Positions 1 to 10,619 are shown, counted from the stretch's first letter. The stretch is 64,000 nucleotides of DNA from an uncultured candidatus Porisulfidus sp. (GCA_965215125.1 OZ244052.1:800001-864000); one strand, 5' to 3'. Program-made: numbers and translations. The notes: generated by a model not told the origin, from the letters alone.

Positions 1-187
1 CGGCACGGTCATCATCGTTGAGGTCTAGACTGTCTTTACTTATGATTGCTTCAACTTGATAATCTAGGGTTACTTTCGCCTGCTCCAATATGGAAGTCAC
101 CTGAGGATCGCCGATACGATAATCGCTCAACGCATCGTAATATACCTTATCGAAAGTGCCACCCGTGGCAAGAAATATAATTTTCAT
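1..187 (-). CDS. Asparaginase-domain protein, N-terminal part (runs off the window)
   Basis: Hand translation from ATG at 187 gives MKIIFLATGGTFDKVYYDALSDYRIGDPQV...ISKDSLDLNDDDRA. The TGGT and KDSL motifs are typical of asparaginases. Not in the ORF track. Confidence 0.8.
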   Translation of the reverse strand, partial: MKIIFLATGGTFDKVYYDALSDYRIGDPQVTSILEQAKVTLDYQVEAIISKDSLDLNDDDRA

Positions 188-256
188 CTGTATATGCTCT
201 CGGTCATCGCTTGTTCATCGGTAAATAATAGTTGCTTTCTGATATTATTATAAAAG

Positions 257-1480
257 ATGTACGATACTGCTCAAAAATTACGCGCCAAGATTATTGCGGA
301 TAGCGACCGCTGTGTTATGTGCGGCTTATGTTTACCGCATTGTCCGACTTTCAATATTGAGCGCAACGAAGCCGATTCACCCAGAGGACGTATCGTATTG
401 GCTAAAGCAATAGCCAAAAAACAGCTGAAAGCAGACGAAAGCGCACGCACACATCTGGAATCGTGTTTGCATTGCTTGCACTGTGAGCAAGTTTGCCCGG
501 CAAAAGTACCCTACGGGGAATTAATAGATAATATCAAGCATCATTTACATAGGGAACGACAAACAACCCCGATACCGTTATGGCTTAAATTAGTAATCGT
601 TTCTCGTAAACTACGATTGTTGTTTGCTTTATTTACTAAGCTATACCAATACTCCGGCATACAAGCACGGTTGAGACAATGGAATTTATTCAAACGATCA
701 ACCGTTGCTCTTTGGGATGCAATGTTAGCCAAGCGATACTATATACTTGCTACAAAACCACGCTCGACAAACAACTCGGAACATAAAACCATAGCTTTGT
801 TCACCGGCTGTGTCGCAACCATAAGCGACCAAAATACCCTAAAAGCAACCAAAGGACTGCTTGCGGCAACAGGCTTTAAGGTACAGTCAAACAACACGCA
901 GTATTGTTGTGGGGCTATCCATCAACATGTCGGGGATTCGGAGTACGCAAAACGTTTGATGCTAAAAAACTCTAAGGCGTTCAAACCCGACATTCCTATC
1001 GTATCTTGTGCGAGCGGTTGCGGGGGACGGTTACAGCAATACGATAACGAGATATCAAAACGCCATTACGACATCCATGCCTTTTTAATCGGACACGCTA
1101 AGCATTTGGTTTTTAGAGCATTATCGGAAACTGTTGCATTGCATACGCCGTGCTCAATGCAAAATATATTAAAGCAACAGGAAATGCCGAAACAGCTTTT
1201 GAGGCTAATCCCGAGCTTGTCGGTTATCTCCTTAAAACCCGAAACAACTTGCTGTGGTGCAGCGGGCATACAGATACTGCAACATCAAGCGCAGGGAAAT
1301 GCCTTAGCCGATGATACAATTGATGCCATGAAAAAAACGAATGCCGATATTTTACTAACATCAAATGTGGGCTGTGCGATGCACCTCAGACGTAGAATTT
1401 GGCAACGCAAACTTAAGTATGAAGTCATGCACCCCGTATTATTACTTTATAAACAACTACAAACAACAAAAGACCAATGA
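257..1480 (+). CDS. glcF: Fe-S oxidoreductase, glycolate oxidase iron-sulfur subunit GlcF-like
   Basis: Two 4Fe-4S motifs (CVMCGLCLPHCPT, CLHCLHCEQVCP), SPRGRI, and two CCG domains (CCGA). Confidence 0.8.
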   Translation: MYDTAQKLRAKIIADSDRCVMCGLCLPHCPTFNIERNEADSPRGRIVLAKAIAKKQLKADESARTHLESCLHCLHCEQVCPAKVPYGELIDNIKHHLHRERQTTPIPLWLKLVIVSRKLRLLFALFTKLYQYSGIQARLRQWNLFKRSTVALWDAMLAKRYYILATKPRSTNNSEHKTIALFTGCVATISDQNTLKATKGLLAATGFKVQSNNTQYCCGAIHQHVGDSEYAKRLMLKNSKAFKPDIPIVSCASGCGGRLQQYDNEISKRHYDIHAFLIGHAKHLVFRALSETVALHTPCSMQNILKQQEMPKQLLRLIPSLSVISLKPETTCCGAAGIQILQHQAQGNALADDTIDAMKKTNADILLTSNVGCAMHLRRRIWQRKLKYEVMHPVLLLYKQLQTTKDQ

Positions 1481-2115
1481 AACGGTACTCGCTTATCGAT
1501 CAATTGATTATAAATGCCGATCTTATGTTGCGCGCGGTCAACGGTATATCGACAGGAAAACAACGCGAACATCCGGCGGCGGGTATTCCCGAGAGTGACT
1601 TAAGCGAGAATGAAAAAGAAACGGCAGCTCGCTTGATGCGAGTCAATCACGCCGGGGAAATCGCTGCACAAGGCCTTTATCACGGGCAGACATTATTTGC
1701 TCGCAAACAAACCACTCGCCGACACCTGCTCAACAGTGCACATCAAGAAACCGAACACTTGTATTGGTGTAAACAGCGTATAAAACAACTGGACGGTCGC
1801 ACCAGCTTGCTGGCACCGGTTTGGTATGCGGGCTCTTTTGCAATAGGCACTTTGGCATCGATCGCCGGTGATCGGTGGAGCTTCGCATTCATAAGGGAAA
1901 CCGAAGAACAGGTTGTAGAACATTTACAATCTCACCTAAATCGCCTTTCTCCTAAAGATAAAATCACCCGAGCGATTATCATGCAGGTTATTTCGGATGA
2001 AGCCGAACACGCCCAATCGGCGTATTCGCAAAGCGATTATACACTTCCACAAGCACTTAGCACGATGATGCAAGCGACTGCTAAAATTATGACGATCGGC
2101 GCATACTACATATAG
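1477..2115 (+). CDS. coq7: Demethoxyubiquinone hydroxylase Coq7 (di-iron monooxygenase)
   Basis: LMRVNHAGEIAAQGLY, ETEEQVVEHL and DEAEH di-iron motifs. Confidence 0.93.
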   Translation: MKRYSLIDQLIINADLMLRAVNGISTGKQREHPAAGIPESDLSENEKETAARLMRVNHAGEIAAQGLYHGQTLFARKQTTRRHLLNSAHQETEHLYWCKQRIKQLDGRTSLLAPVWYAGSFAIGTLASIAGDRWSFAFIRETEEQVVEHLQSHLNRLSPKDKITRAIIMQVISDEAEHAQSAYSQSDYTLPQALSTMMQATAKIMTIGAYYI

Positions 2116-2170
2116 TCCGATCCGCCTAGAGCCTATAAAGGTTTCGCTCACTTTGTAATAAACCTTTGAA

Positions 2171-3244
2171 TTAAAGCAAACTATTGCTATCGGAAGACCG
2201 ATAATACGAACCTTTTCTATACCATGCACCCTCAAAAATAAATCTATTTCTGCGGTAAGAGTGGATCTTAACCGCTGCATATCTCATGATGTTTTTCTCC
2301 ACCGAATATAACAAATTGTGATCTACAACCCCGCCTCGAGTAACTTGCTCTACGAGTTCCTCAAAATCGGTATATCTATAAACATTATATTTAGGTTTTA
2401 AGAAGTCGAAGTAATCGGCATCCATTATATTTGACATGATATAAAGCGGCATATTTTTGCTATGCATTTCGTAGACATTTTTTATGGCCTCTTCTATACC
2501 GTTGCGCAGATAGCCGGCATTTTTTATCTCTTCCGATGCTATTTTTGAATTTTCGGCAAATCTCACATGCATACATGCATAATAACGAAGATTGTTGAAA
2601 TCCTGCTCTATGCCGAATTTTCTAAACCTCGGCAAATCATATAAAACATCGGTAAATAACTTCATACTCTCCCGTTTCGTAACGAAATGATTGACTACTA
2701 TATCGCTTAAGTTATCCACCCGTCCGGAGGGAGGAATGACGACATAAAAGGGAGACTTAAAATATGCATTTAACCTGGGGCTGAAATACAAGCCTTTATG
2801 AATTTTGGGTAACTGCTTATCTCTCCCTTTTCTCCTTAGACTCTCCTTATCTCTCGACAAAACAATTACACGAGTGGCTTCATTTTCTTTATCATAGAGC
2901 TGAAAACCATTAATATGCTGTATTTGTGATTCGGGGCACAACCAATCAAAATCTTTTTCATGCACGTACCGTAAGGCTTCAGGCAGTTCTTTAATCATCC
3001 CATCGGATGTCGTTTGCAGTATTTTTACAGCCGATAAATTGATATGTTCATCCCAATCAATAAGTACATCTTGTTCTATGTCATCTAATCTATGTGTGAA
3101 AGAAGTTCTAGCCTCCTTGATAATCGGAATCCTTCCCAAGGATAAAGCTACTCTTATAAGTAATACCAAATCGTAGGTTTTAGAGTCCAAACCACCGTCG
3201 TATTCATAAGAAAAATACAAGTACTTATCGTTATGTTGCAACAT
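2171..3244 (-). CDS. O-fucosyltransferase-like protein, paralogue 3 of tandem array
   Basis: KYLYF..GGLDS..ALSLGRIPII at the N-terminus, YACMHVR, LYIMSN and NLLYSVE. The motif order matches the GDP-fucose-binding GT-B O-FucT fold. Clearly paralogous to 3276..4367 and 5732..6766. Confidence 0.6.
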   Translation of the reverse strand: MLQHNDKYLYFSYEYDGGLDSKTYDLVLLIRVALSLGRIPIIKEARTSFTHRLDDIEQDVLIDWDEHINLSAVKILQTTSDGMIKELPEALRYVHEKDFDWLCPESQIQHINGFQLYDKENEATRVIVLSRDKESLRRKGRDKQLPKIHKGLYFSPRLNAYFKSPFYVVIPPSGRVDNLSDIVVNHFVTKRESMKLFTDVLYDLPRFRKFGIEQDFNNLRYYACMHVRFAENSKIASEEIKNAGYLRNGIEEAIKNVYEMHSKNMPLYIMSNIMDADYFDFLKPKYNVYRYTDFEELVEQVTRGGVVDHNLLYSVEKNIMRYAAVKIHSYRRNRFIFEGAWYRKGSYYRSSDSNSLL

Positions 3245-3275
3245 TAGTGTGAAAGTCTCAATTTTACATATATTC

Positions 3276-4367
3276 TTACTTTACGATTTTCATCAACTTA
3301 TTCATATAATATCTAAACCCAAAACCTATCTTCCGTACCAAAGATCTATTAGTACCGGACCAAAAATTCCATGGACCCTCAAAGGAAAAACTGTTTATTT
3401 CGGCAGGAAGTATTTTAATTACAGCATGTCTCATAATGTTATCTTCTACTAGATAAAGTAAATTGTAGTCTATGATTTTACTTTGAATAAATCTTTCTTT
3501 TAATTCCTTAAAGTCGCCATACCTATAAACATTTTGTTTAGGGCTTAAAAAGTTGAAATCGCCGGTATTCGCCATATCGGATATAATGTAAAACGGTAAT
3601 TTTTTACTCTTTCGTTTGCGCACTTTCCTAATCACCTCTTGAACCTTCATCCTCGCTGCATATTTATTTATAAGTCTCGGAGGCACACCGATGTTTTTCT
3701 CATATCTTAGGTTTATGCAAGCATAGGATTGTGAGATGCCTAATAATGAATTTATCCCTAAATGTTGCTCTCTAAAACTGCGTGAAAATATATCGGATAA
3801 AAGTTTCATATTTTCTCGCCTAGTACCGAAATAATCGAGAACTATATCGGTTAAGTCATTCACTTCTTGCGAAAATGAAAAAATAACTAAAAATAGGGGG
3901 ACGTTAGACCTATTTATATCGTTCGCACTTAGCGCGGGTATAGATCTTATTAGCTGCAACTTCTCTATGTCTTTGGATTGCGACAAACAAACCACTGGAT
4001 ATTGTTCATTTTCTTCGTCATAGAGTTGATGACTGTTAATATATCGTATCTTGCTTTTAGGATACGAGTTAAGATCAAAATCTCGCTTGCATAGATAACA
4101 AAAAGTGTCCGAAAGTTCTTTTATACCTCCCGACTCTATTTTCAATATCCTAGTCTTAAACAGATCAATATATTGTTCCCAATTAATAGAGGCACTCATA
4201 GCACAACCATCATATATTATTGGAAATCTTCCTTCTTCCATAATAGGGATTCTTTTCATGGATAAGGCTGTGCTTATAATTAATTCCAGATCATGGATTT
4301 TAGAGTCTATCCTCCCTTCCTCTTTTCCATAAGGCACATAAAAATATTTTTCACTTTCTTGTAACAT
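3276..4367 (-). CDS. O-fucosyltransferase-like protein, paralogue 2 of tandem array
   Basis: Same blocks as its neighbours: ALSMKRIPIM, QLYDEENEQYPVVCL, YACINLR, FYIISD, NLLYLVEDNIMRHA. Confidence 0.55.
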   Translation of the reverse strand: MLQESEKYFYVPYGKEEGRIDSKIHDLELIISTALSMKRIPIMEEGRFPIIYDGCAMSASINWEQYIDLFKTRILKIESGGIKELSDTFCYLCKRDFDLNSYPKSKIRYINSHQLYDEENEQYPVVCLSQSKDIEKLQLIRSIPALSANDINRSNVPLFLVIFSFSQEVNDLTDIVLDYFGTRRENMKLLSDIFSRSFREQHLGINSLLGISQSYACINLRYEKNIGVPPRLINKYAARMKVQEVIRKVRKRKSKKLPFYIISDMANTGDFNFLSPKQNVYRYGDFKELKERFIQSKIIDYNLLYLVEDNIMRHAVIKILPAEINSFSFEGPWNFWSGTNRSLVRKIGFGFRYYMNKLMKIVK

Positions 4368-4562
4368 AATTGTCTTATGGACTCACGATACTTCGCTCAA
4401 AAAGGAAGTATAACTCAGTGCATAAACTCCGAACAAAATAGCATGATGGTTTTACAGTAACAAATATACGAGATTTTTTACTTAGAGCGATCTTCGTTAT
4501 TACACACTCGATTAAATTAACTGACGTTACCCCATTTTTATTACCATCTACAAAGTTAGTTT

Positions 4563-5387
4563 TCATGCTATAGCCTCCGCAAATACACTCGGAGGTTGAT
4601 AACCCAATGCGCTGTGCGGACGCACTTCATTATAATCTATTCGCCAGGCTTCTATAATCTCTCTCGCCTCTTTTATTGAACGAAACCAGAACTGGTTCAG
4701 ACAACCGTCTCGGAACTTGCCGTTGAAACTTTCTACAAAGGCATTCTGGGTCGGTTTGCCGGGTTGGATAAAGTCCAATTCCACCTGCCGGTCTCGGCTC
4801 CAGTGGAACATCGCCTTGCATCTAAACTCGGTGCCATTGTCGCAGACGATGCGTGCCGGCTTTACGCCGAGCCGTTCTATCAATTCGGATAGATAATTTG
4901 CTATGCGTTGACCGGTAATCGAAACATCAACAATCTGTCCGACACATTCACGGCTGAAGTTATCTACTATGTTCAGTACCCGAAAGCATCTGCCGTCGTT
5001 GAACTGGTCATGCACAAAGTCCATTGACCAGCACTCATTCACCCTAGCCGGTGTTTTCGGCACGCCACGCGGATGACACAGCTTCTCGCACTTCTTGGTT
5101 CTCAATTCAAGCCCGAGCTTCTTATAAAGCCTATAGGTACGCTTCACATTGACGACCCGGCCTTCGCTCTTCAAAAGCGCATGCAACATCTTATAGCCAT
5201 AATGTGGATACTGCTTTGCCTTCTCCAATAACGCAACTTCCAGTTGACGATCTTTATCGGCTTGGTTGCCCTGATAGCGATATGCAGTGCGACTAATACT
5301 GGCAAGGGCACACGCAGTGCGTTCACTATGCCGACCCGCACTCACTAGATCTTTGACAATCTGCTTGCGTTGCGCCGGCTTTACCAC
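4563..5387 (-). CDS. IS3-family transposase OrfB (DDE integrase core)
   Basis: WSMDF, DNGTEF and PGKPTQNAFVESFNGKFRD. Joined to OrfA by a -1 frameshift at AAAAAAG (5393-5387). Confidence 0.95.
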   Translation of the reverse strand: MVKPAQRKQIVKDLVSAGRHSERTACALASISRTAYRYQGNQADKDRQLEVALLEKAKQYPHYGYKMLHALLKSEGRVVNVKRTYRLYKKLGLELRTKKCEKLCHPRGVPKTPARVNECWSMDFVHDQFNDGRCFRVLNIVDNFSRECVGQIVDVSITGQRIANYLSELIERLGVKPARIVCDNGTEFRCKAMFHWSRDRQVELDFIQPGKPTQNAFVESFNGKFRDGCLNQFWFRSIKEAREIIEAWRIDYNEVRPHSALGYQPPSVFAEAIA

Positions 5388-5647
5388 TTTTTTGATAATA
5401 CCTCCTTGAGTGTTTCACACTGCATCACCGATTCAGCCAATAGCTTCTTGAGCTTGCTATTATCGGCTTCAAGCTCTCGCAGGCGTTTAGCTTCTGCCAC
5501 TTCCATGCCATTATACTTGCTGCGCCAGCGATAAAATGTCTGTTCGGCGATGCCTAGATCACGACAGATATCGACTACTTTCATGCCGGCTTGATTTGAC
5601 TTTAATGCCTTAATGATTTGTTCTTCACTAAAACGTTTTCTCTTCAT
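5381..5647 (-). CDS. IS3-family transposase OrfA (HTH)
   Basis: MKRKRFSEEQII...GIAEQTFYRWRSKY...LRELEADNSKLKKLLAE, with a GGAG RBS upstream. Confidence 0.95.
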   Translation of the reverse strand: MKRKRFSEEQIIKALKSNQAGMKVVDICRDLGIAEQTFYRWRSKYNGMEVAEAKRLRELEADNSKLKKLLAESVMQCETLKEVLSKKW

Positions 5648-5731
5648 GTTAAGTTCTCCTGTAATGTTTTTAACTTCTCTAGTTTATCGGAAAAACCGAC
5701 TTTAACATTGGTAATAAATTTAGGGAGAACG

Positions 5732-6766
5732 TCATAACTTAAAGATTCTTTCAGAAGTGTTCATAATATTTAACCAGGGATATTCAAAAACCGATAGTAT
5801 CCTATAAGCGGGGAAAATTCTAACCGTAGCGTGACGCATGATGTTGCACTCCACTGCATAAAGCAAGTTATGATCTATCTCTTCTTTACAGCTAAATCGT
5901 TCTCTAAGTTCGTCAAAATCGGTATATCTATAAGTATCATATTTAGGTTTCAAAAAATTAAAATAATTATCATCCATTATGTTTGACATGATATATAGCG
6001 GCATGCTCTTGTTATTTCTTGCATATACTGTTTTGACGGTTCTTTTCACATATTTGCTTAATTCCGAAGATTTTTTTATCTTCTTTTGTGCCTCCTTAAC
6101 GTTGCTCATATATCGTACGTGCATACACGCATAATAGTTCAAACCTTCATCATAAAATCTCCACTTAGGATTAGGCAACTCATACAGAATACCGGATAAC
6201 AGCTTCATATTTTTTCTGGTCGTACCGAAATAATTAAGAACCACATCCGTTAAATCATTTACTAGTTTTGACGGTGCAAAAATTATTAAATAATTTGAAG
6301 GAGGACCAATTTTTAATCTTGTGTATATCTTGTGTCGAGTTCCGATATTTTTTTGCCCTGAGATATACTCGGGATTTAATATGCAGACTACAGGATAGTT
6401 CTCATTCTCCTCGTCGGAAATTTGAGTATGGTCAATATACCTTATTTGATCTTTAGAGTACGAACCAAAATCAAAATCTTGCTCGTGTATGTATCGAAAA
6501 GTATCCGCGTGCGCTATTTCACCACTGGATTTTAGTTCAAATATTTCTGTTTTTGAAAAGTCAATATATCGTCTCAGATCAACAAATACCTCTTTATTTG
6601 ATTTATCCACCCTATGCCACACACTAGAAATTTCGTTCGTTATAATCGGGATTCTTTTCATAGCTAAAGCTACTTGTGTAAACTCGGATAAATGTAGAAC
6701 CTGAGCATCAAATCCACCGCCTATTCGATGCGGAGTATAAAGATATTTTCCATCTTTTTGCATCAA
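5732..6766 (-). CDS. O-fucosyltransferase-like protein, paralogue 1 of tandem array (stop codon supplied by the IS end)
   Basis: KYLY..GGGFDAQVLHL..ALAMKRIPII resembles the GGFNNQ..A..LNRTLVLP start of O-FucT proteins. Also YACMHVR, LYIMSN and NLLYAVE. Confidence 0.62.
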   Translation of the reverse strand: MMQKDGKYLYTPHRIGGGFDAQVLHLSEFTQVALAMKRIPIITNEISSVWHRVDKSNKEVFVDLRRYIDFSKTEIFELKSSGEIAHADTFRYIHEQDFDFGSYSKDQIRYIDHTQISDEENENYPVVCILNPEYISGQKNIGTRHKIYTRLKIGPPSNYLIIFAPSKLVNDLTDVVLNYFGTTRKNMKLLSGILYELPNPKWRFYDEGLNYYACMHVRYMSNVKEAQKKIKKSSELSKYVKRTVKTVYARNNKSMPLYIMSNIMDDNYFNFLKPKYDTYRYTDFDELRERFSCKEEIDHNLLYAVECNIMRHATVRIFPAYRILSVFEYPWLNIMNTSERIFKL

Positions 6767-6784
6767 AGGTTGCTAATAATCTAT

Positions 6785-7348
6785 TTAAGCTTTAGGTAAA
6801 GTGACACCGGTTTGTTTTTGATATTTACCGGAACGGTCCTTGTACGATGTCGAACATTGAGAATCGGCTTCGAAAAACAATAGTTGTGCAACGCCTTCTC
6901 CGGCGTAGATCTTAGCCGGTAGCGGCGAAGTGTTAGAAAACTCCAATGTTATATGACCCTCCCACTCGGGTTCCAGCGGTGTAACATTAACGATGATGCC
7001 GCAACGCGCATAAGTCGATTTACCGACGCATATAGTCAATACCGAACGGGGAATCTGCAAGTACTCGACGGTACTCGCCAAGGCAAAGGAATTCGGTGGA
7101 ATAATGCAAACATCCGAATGTATGTCAAGAAAACTTTTTTCGCTAAATGCTTTAGGGTCCACGATAGTTGAATTGATATTGGTAAACACCTTGAAATGAT
7201 TACTGCAACGAATATCATAACCGTAGCTTGAAGTGCCGTAAGAAATTACTTTCTGATCGTCGACAGTACTAATTTGATTGGGTTCAAAAGGTGTAATCAT
7301 GCCTTTCGCCGCCATCTTGCGTATCCAATTATCGGGCTTAATAGACAT
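6785..7348 (-). CDS. dcd: dCTP deaminase
   Basis: [28 protein letters not shown] and GKYQ.Q.GVTLPK. Confidence 0.97.
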   Translation of the reverse strand: MSIKPDNWIRKMAAKGMITPFEPNQISTVDDQKVISYGTSSYGYDIRCSNHFKVFTNINSTIVDPKAFSEKSFLDIHSDVCIIPPNSFALASTVEYLQIPRSVLTICVGKSTYARCGIIVNVTPLEPEWEGHITLEFSNTSPLPAKIYAGEGVAQLLFFEADSQCSTSYKDRSGKYQKQTGVTLPKA

Positions 7349-7351
7349 TTA

Positions 7352-8470
7352 TTAATCGTTGCGAATAACAATTTTAGGGAATTTGGCAGAATAATCTTTG
7401 CCTTGAATCGCAAGTCGGGCAGCCGCTTTACGAGCCACTTCTTTATAAATTTGCGTGGGACGGCTATCCTCGTCGGTCAATACCGTAGGGGTACCGCTAT
7501 CGGTTTGTTCGCGAATATGAATATCCAACGGCAATGCCCCCAATAGCTCTACATTGTAATCCTCGGACATCGCTTCACCGCCTCCGCTACCGAAAATAGG
7601 TTCTTCGTGTCCGCATCGGCTACAGATATGAATACTCATATTTTCAACGATGCCGAGTATCGGCACATCAACTTTTTGAAACATTTTAACGCCTTTGCGA
7701 GCATCGAGCAGAGCAATATTTTGCGGAGTAGTCACAATGATTGCTCCGCTCACAGGTATTTTCTGGGCTAAAGTTAGTTGCACATCACCGGTACCAGGGG
7801 GCAAATCTACGATCAGATAATCTAAATCAATCCAGTTGGTATTATTCAATAGCTGTTCCAAGGCTTGTGTGACCATAGGACCTCGCCAAATCATAGGCGT
7901 GTCTTCTTCTATCAAAAAACCGATAGACATGGCTTGTAGTTCGTATTTCTGCATCGGCTCCAGAGTCTTGCCGTCTTTAGAGTCGGGCTGTCCCTTAAGA
8001 CCCAACATACTCGGTTGGCTAGGCCCATAAATATCGGCATCCAAAATACCGACCTTCGCACCTTCGGCAGAAAGTGCCAAAGCCAAATTGACCGCAGTCG
8101 TTGATTTACCGACCCCGCCTTTGCCCGATGCCACCGCAATCACATTCTTGATCTCACGCATAGGTTTCAGATTTTTCTGCACCGAATGAGAGACAATTTC
8201 CCAATCAACCTTTACCACAACCTCTTGTACACCCTCTAAAACCTTGATTTTCTCGTCTATTTCGTTTTGAAACCATGTCACCATAGATTTTGCCGGGTAA
8301 CCCAACCGTATATGCACGACAACCTTCCCGCCGGCTATATCGATGTGTTCAACCTCTTTGGAGGCAACCAAGTCCTTGGCGGTGTTAGGGTCGGTAATGT
8401 TGGCTAGGATCTGCTCTATCGTTTCTTTGTTAACCTTTGACATCGTCATGCTCATTATCAAAACAGCCAT
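7352..8470 (-). CDS. apbC: Fe-S cluster carrier ATPase Mrp/ApbC (true start may be a few codons downstream)
   Basis: ASGKGGVGKST, DADIYGPS, WRGPM, DLPPGTGD and a CxxC motif. Confidence 0.96.
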   Translation of the reverse strand: MAVLIMSMTMSKVNKETIEQILANITDPNTAKDLVASKEVEHIDIAGGKVVVHIRLGYPAKSMVTWFQNEIDEKIKVLEGVQEVVVKVDWEIVSHSVQKNLKPMREIKNVIAVASGKGGVGKSTTAVNLALALSAEGAKVGILDADIYGPSQPSMLGLKGQPDSKDGKTLEPMQKYELQAMSIGFLIEEDTPMIWRGPMVTQALEQLLNNTNWIDLDYLIVDLPPGTGDVQLTLAQKIPVSGAIIVTTPQNIALLDARKGVKMFQKVDVPILGIVENMSIHICSRCGHEEPIFGSGGGEAMSEDYNVELLGALPLDIHIREQTDSGTPTVLTDEDSRPTQIYKEVARKAAARLAIQGKDYSAKFPKIVIRND

Positions 8471-8506
8471 TATATACCATACATTTCAATCGTATATACA
8501 ATGATG

Positions 8507-9004
8507 TTATACGGGTTTTATGCGTTCGAGGCAACGAAAACATAAATCGTATTTGTTTTTATCGTCGGCACGGTAATCACTGCTTTCAACGATGCGCCAG
8601 TCTTCGCTCTTCAATAAAGAGGCCGGGAAATAGGTGTCGCCCGACAGTGCTTCGGTCTTAACCAAAGTATGGTATATCCGATTTGCGTACGGCATCAATA
8701 GACGATATATTTGCGCACCGCCTATCACAAAACATTCTCTATCACCGACAAGAGTATCCAATTCTTCGGTAGAGGAAATTACATAGCATCCTTGCGCACC
8801 GAACCGATTACGGCTGAATACCACATTGCTACGGTTAGGCAACGGACGACCTATAGACTGATAAGTCTTCCTTCCCATTACGATGATATGTCCGCTTGTG
8901 ATTTTTTTGAAACGAGCAAGATCGGCGGGCAAATGCCAAGGTAGCTTATTGTTCGCCCCGATCAAATAGTCGGGTGTGTAGCATGTAATCAAGGATATCT
9001 TCAT
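8507..9004 (-). CDS. folA: Dihydrofolate reductase
   Basis: [32 protein letters not shown] and GDTYFP. Confidence 0.96.
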   Translation of the reverse strand: MKISLITCYTPDYLIGANNKLPWHLPADLARFKKITSGHIIVMGRKTYQSIGRPLPNRSNVVFSRNRFGAQGCYVISSTEELDTLVGDRECFVIGGAQIYRLLMPYANRIYHTLVKTEALSGDTYFPASLLKSEDWRIVESSDYRADDKNKYDLCFRCLERIKPV

Positions 9005-9792
9005 ACCGCAACGGATGCCGAAATCGGGGCATGCGGATGGTAATCACAAAGTTCAATGTCTTCGAATCTAAATTGATATAGATCTTTGACCGCTTCGTTG
9101 AGTTTCACCCTCGGTAACTTTCTGGGTTCTCTTTTTAATTGCTTGCGAGCTTGCGCAACATGATTTTTATACAAATGTACATCACCCAAAGTATGAATCA
9201 ATTCACCACATTCAAGGTCGCTAACTTGGGCTATCATCATCGTCAATAGCGCGTACGACGCAATATTGAAAGGCACGCCTAGAAAGACATCGGCACTACG
9301 CTGGTAGAATTGACACGACAATCGTTTATCTATTACATAAAATTGCATCAACACATGGCACGGTGCCAGACGCATATAGGGCAATTCGCCGACATTCCAC
9401 GCACTGATTAGCAAACGGCGAGAGTCGGGCTGTTTTTTTAAGTTGACCAGCAGGCGGCTCAGTTGATCAACCGTACCGTCGGCACTACGCCACGCACGCC
9501 ATTGCCGTCCGTATATAGGACCTAAATTGCCGTCTTCGTCCGCCCATTCATCCCATATAGAAACATTGTGTTTATGCAGATACCCGATATTGGTGGCCCC
9601 GGCAATGAACCATAACAATTCGTGCACCACCGACTTGAAATGAATCTTTTTCGTGGTCAGCAAAGGAAAACCGTCTTGCAGTTGATAACGCGACTGCCAT
9701 CCGAATAAAGAATAAGTACCCACGCCGGTGCGATCTTTTTTGACCGCACCCCGCTCTAATATCGTTTCTAACAAATTAAGGTAAGGTTGCAT
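9001..9792 (-). CDS. thyA: Thymidylate synthase
   Basis: DRTGVGT, LGPIYG.QWR, LAPCH and [17 protein letters not shown]. Confidence 0.98.
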   Translation of the reverse strand: MQPYLNLLETILERGAVKKDRTGVGTYSLFGWQSRYQLQDGFPLLTTKKIHFKSVVHELLWFIAGATNIGYLHKHNVSIWDEWADEDGNLGPIYGRQWRAWRSADGTVDQLSRLLVNLKKQPDSRRLLISAWNVGELPYMRLAPCHVLMQFYVIDKRLSCQFYQRSADVFLGVPFNIASYALLTMMIAQVSDLECGELIHTLGDVHLYKNHVAQARKQLKREPRKLPRVKLNEAVKDLYQFRFEDIELCDYHPHAPISASVAV

Positions 9793-9836
9793 AAATCCGT
9801 ATCAATAATTTTCGAGCAAAACATTTTATCCGATAA

Positions 9837-10619
9837 TCAACCGTGTCGCTTGTTGCCGTAAAAGATCAGCCCGATACCGACCGCAACCATTGCCAACGAC
9901 AAAAGCTGCCCTATCGTCATCCAGCCCAAAGCAACAAAGCCTACATGGGCGTCGGGTTCGCGGGTGAATTCCGCCAAGAAACGTAACACACCATAACCGA
10001 TAGCAAAGTAGGCGGCAACTCGTCCCAAGGGGCGCGGTTTTTTAGAGTAGAACCATAACACGACGAATAACACCACACCCTCCAGAAAAAATTCGTACAG
10101 TTGCGAGGGATGGCGCGGTTCGGGACCGGCCATAGGAAACACGACCGCCCACGGTAAATCACTAATCCGCCCCCATAATTCTCCGTTAATAAAGTTACCG
10201 ATTCTACCCAAACCCAAACCTATAGGTACTAGGGGTGCGATAAAGTCCATTATCCGTAAAAAGCTAAGCTCGCGAGTGCGTGCAAATATCCAAACGGCTA
10301 ATAGTACACCGAGCATGCCACCGTGAAAACTCATGCCACCTTGCCAGATCATGAATAAACTCAGCGGTTCGTTCAGTAGCGTAGAGAAATTATAAAATAG
10401 CATATAACCCATGCGCCCACCTACAATTACGCCGATGATTCCATAAAATAACAAATCGTCGAGCTTAGAGACCGGGATGCCGTATAAAGGATTGCCGGCG
10501 CGCATACGACCCAATATATAAAATATGATAAAAGCGAGCAGATACATCAAACCGTACCAATGCACTTGCAACGGACCTACGGAAAATGCAACAGGGTTTA
10601 TAGCCGGGAGATGAATCAT
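9837..10619 (-). CDS. lgt: Prolipoprotein diacylglyceryl transferase
   Basis: [28 protein letters not shown] and HPSQLYE. Confidence 0.98.
   Translation of the reverse strand: MIHLPAINPVAFSVGPLQVHWYGLMYLLAFIIFYILGRMRAGNPLYGIPVSKLDDLLFYGIIGVIVGGRMGYMLFYNFSTLLNEPLSLFMIWQGGMSFHGGMLGVLLAVWIFARTRELSFLRIMDFIAPLVPIGLGLGRIGNFINGELWGRISDLPWAVVFPMAGPEPRHPSQLYEFFLEGVVLFVVLWFYSKKPRPLGRVAAYFAIGYGVLRFLAEFTREPDAHVGFVALGWMTIGQLLSLAMVAVGIGLIFYGNKRHG

Larger units (their letters stand above)
4522..5734 (-). mobile_element. IS3-family insertion sequence (IS407-like), complete, 1213 bp
   Basis: Terminal inverted repeats TGACGTTACCCCATTTTTATTACCA (from 4522) and TGACGTTCTCCCTAAATTTATTACCA (reverse complement from 5734). 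4-bp target duplication TAAC at 4518-4521 and 5735-5738. Contains orfA/orfB. Confidence 0.95.

Noticed and set aside
4375-4566. 63-aa ORF next to the IS3 element
   Set aside because: It starts inside the IS end and runs into intergenic DNA, so it is a chance junction ORF.
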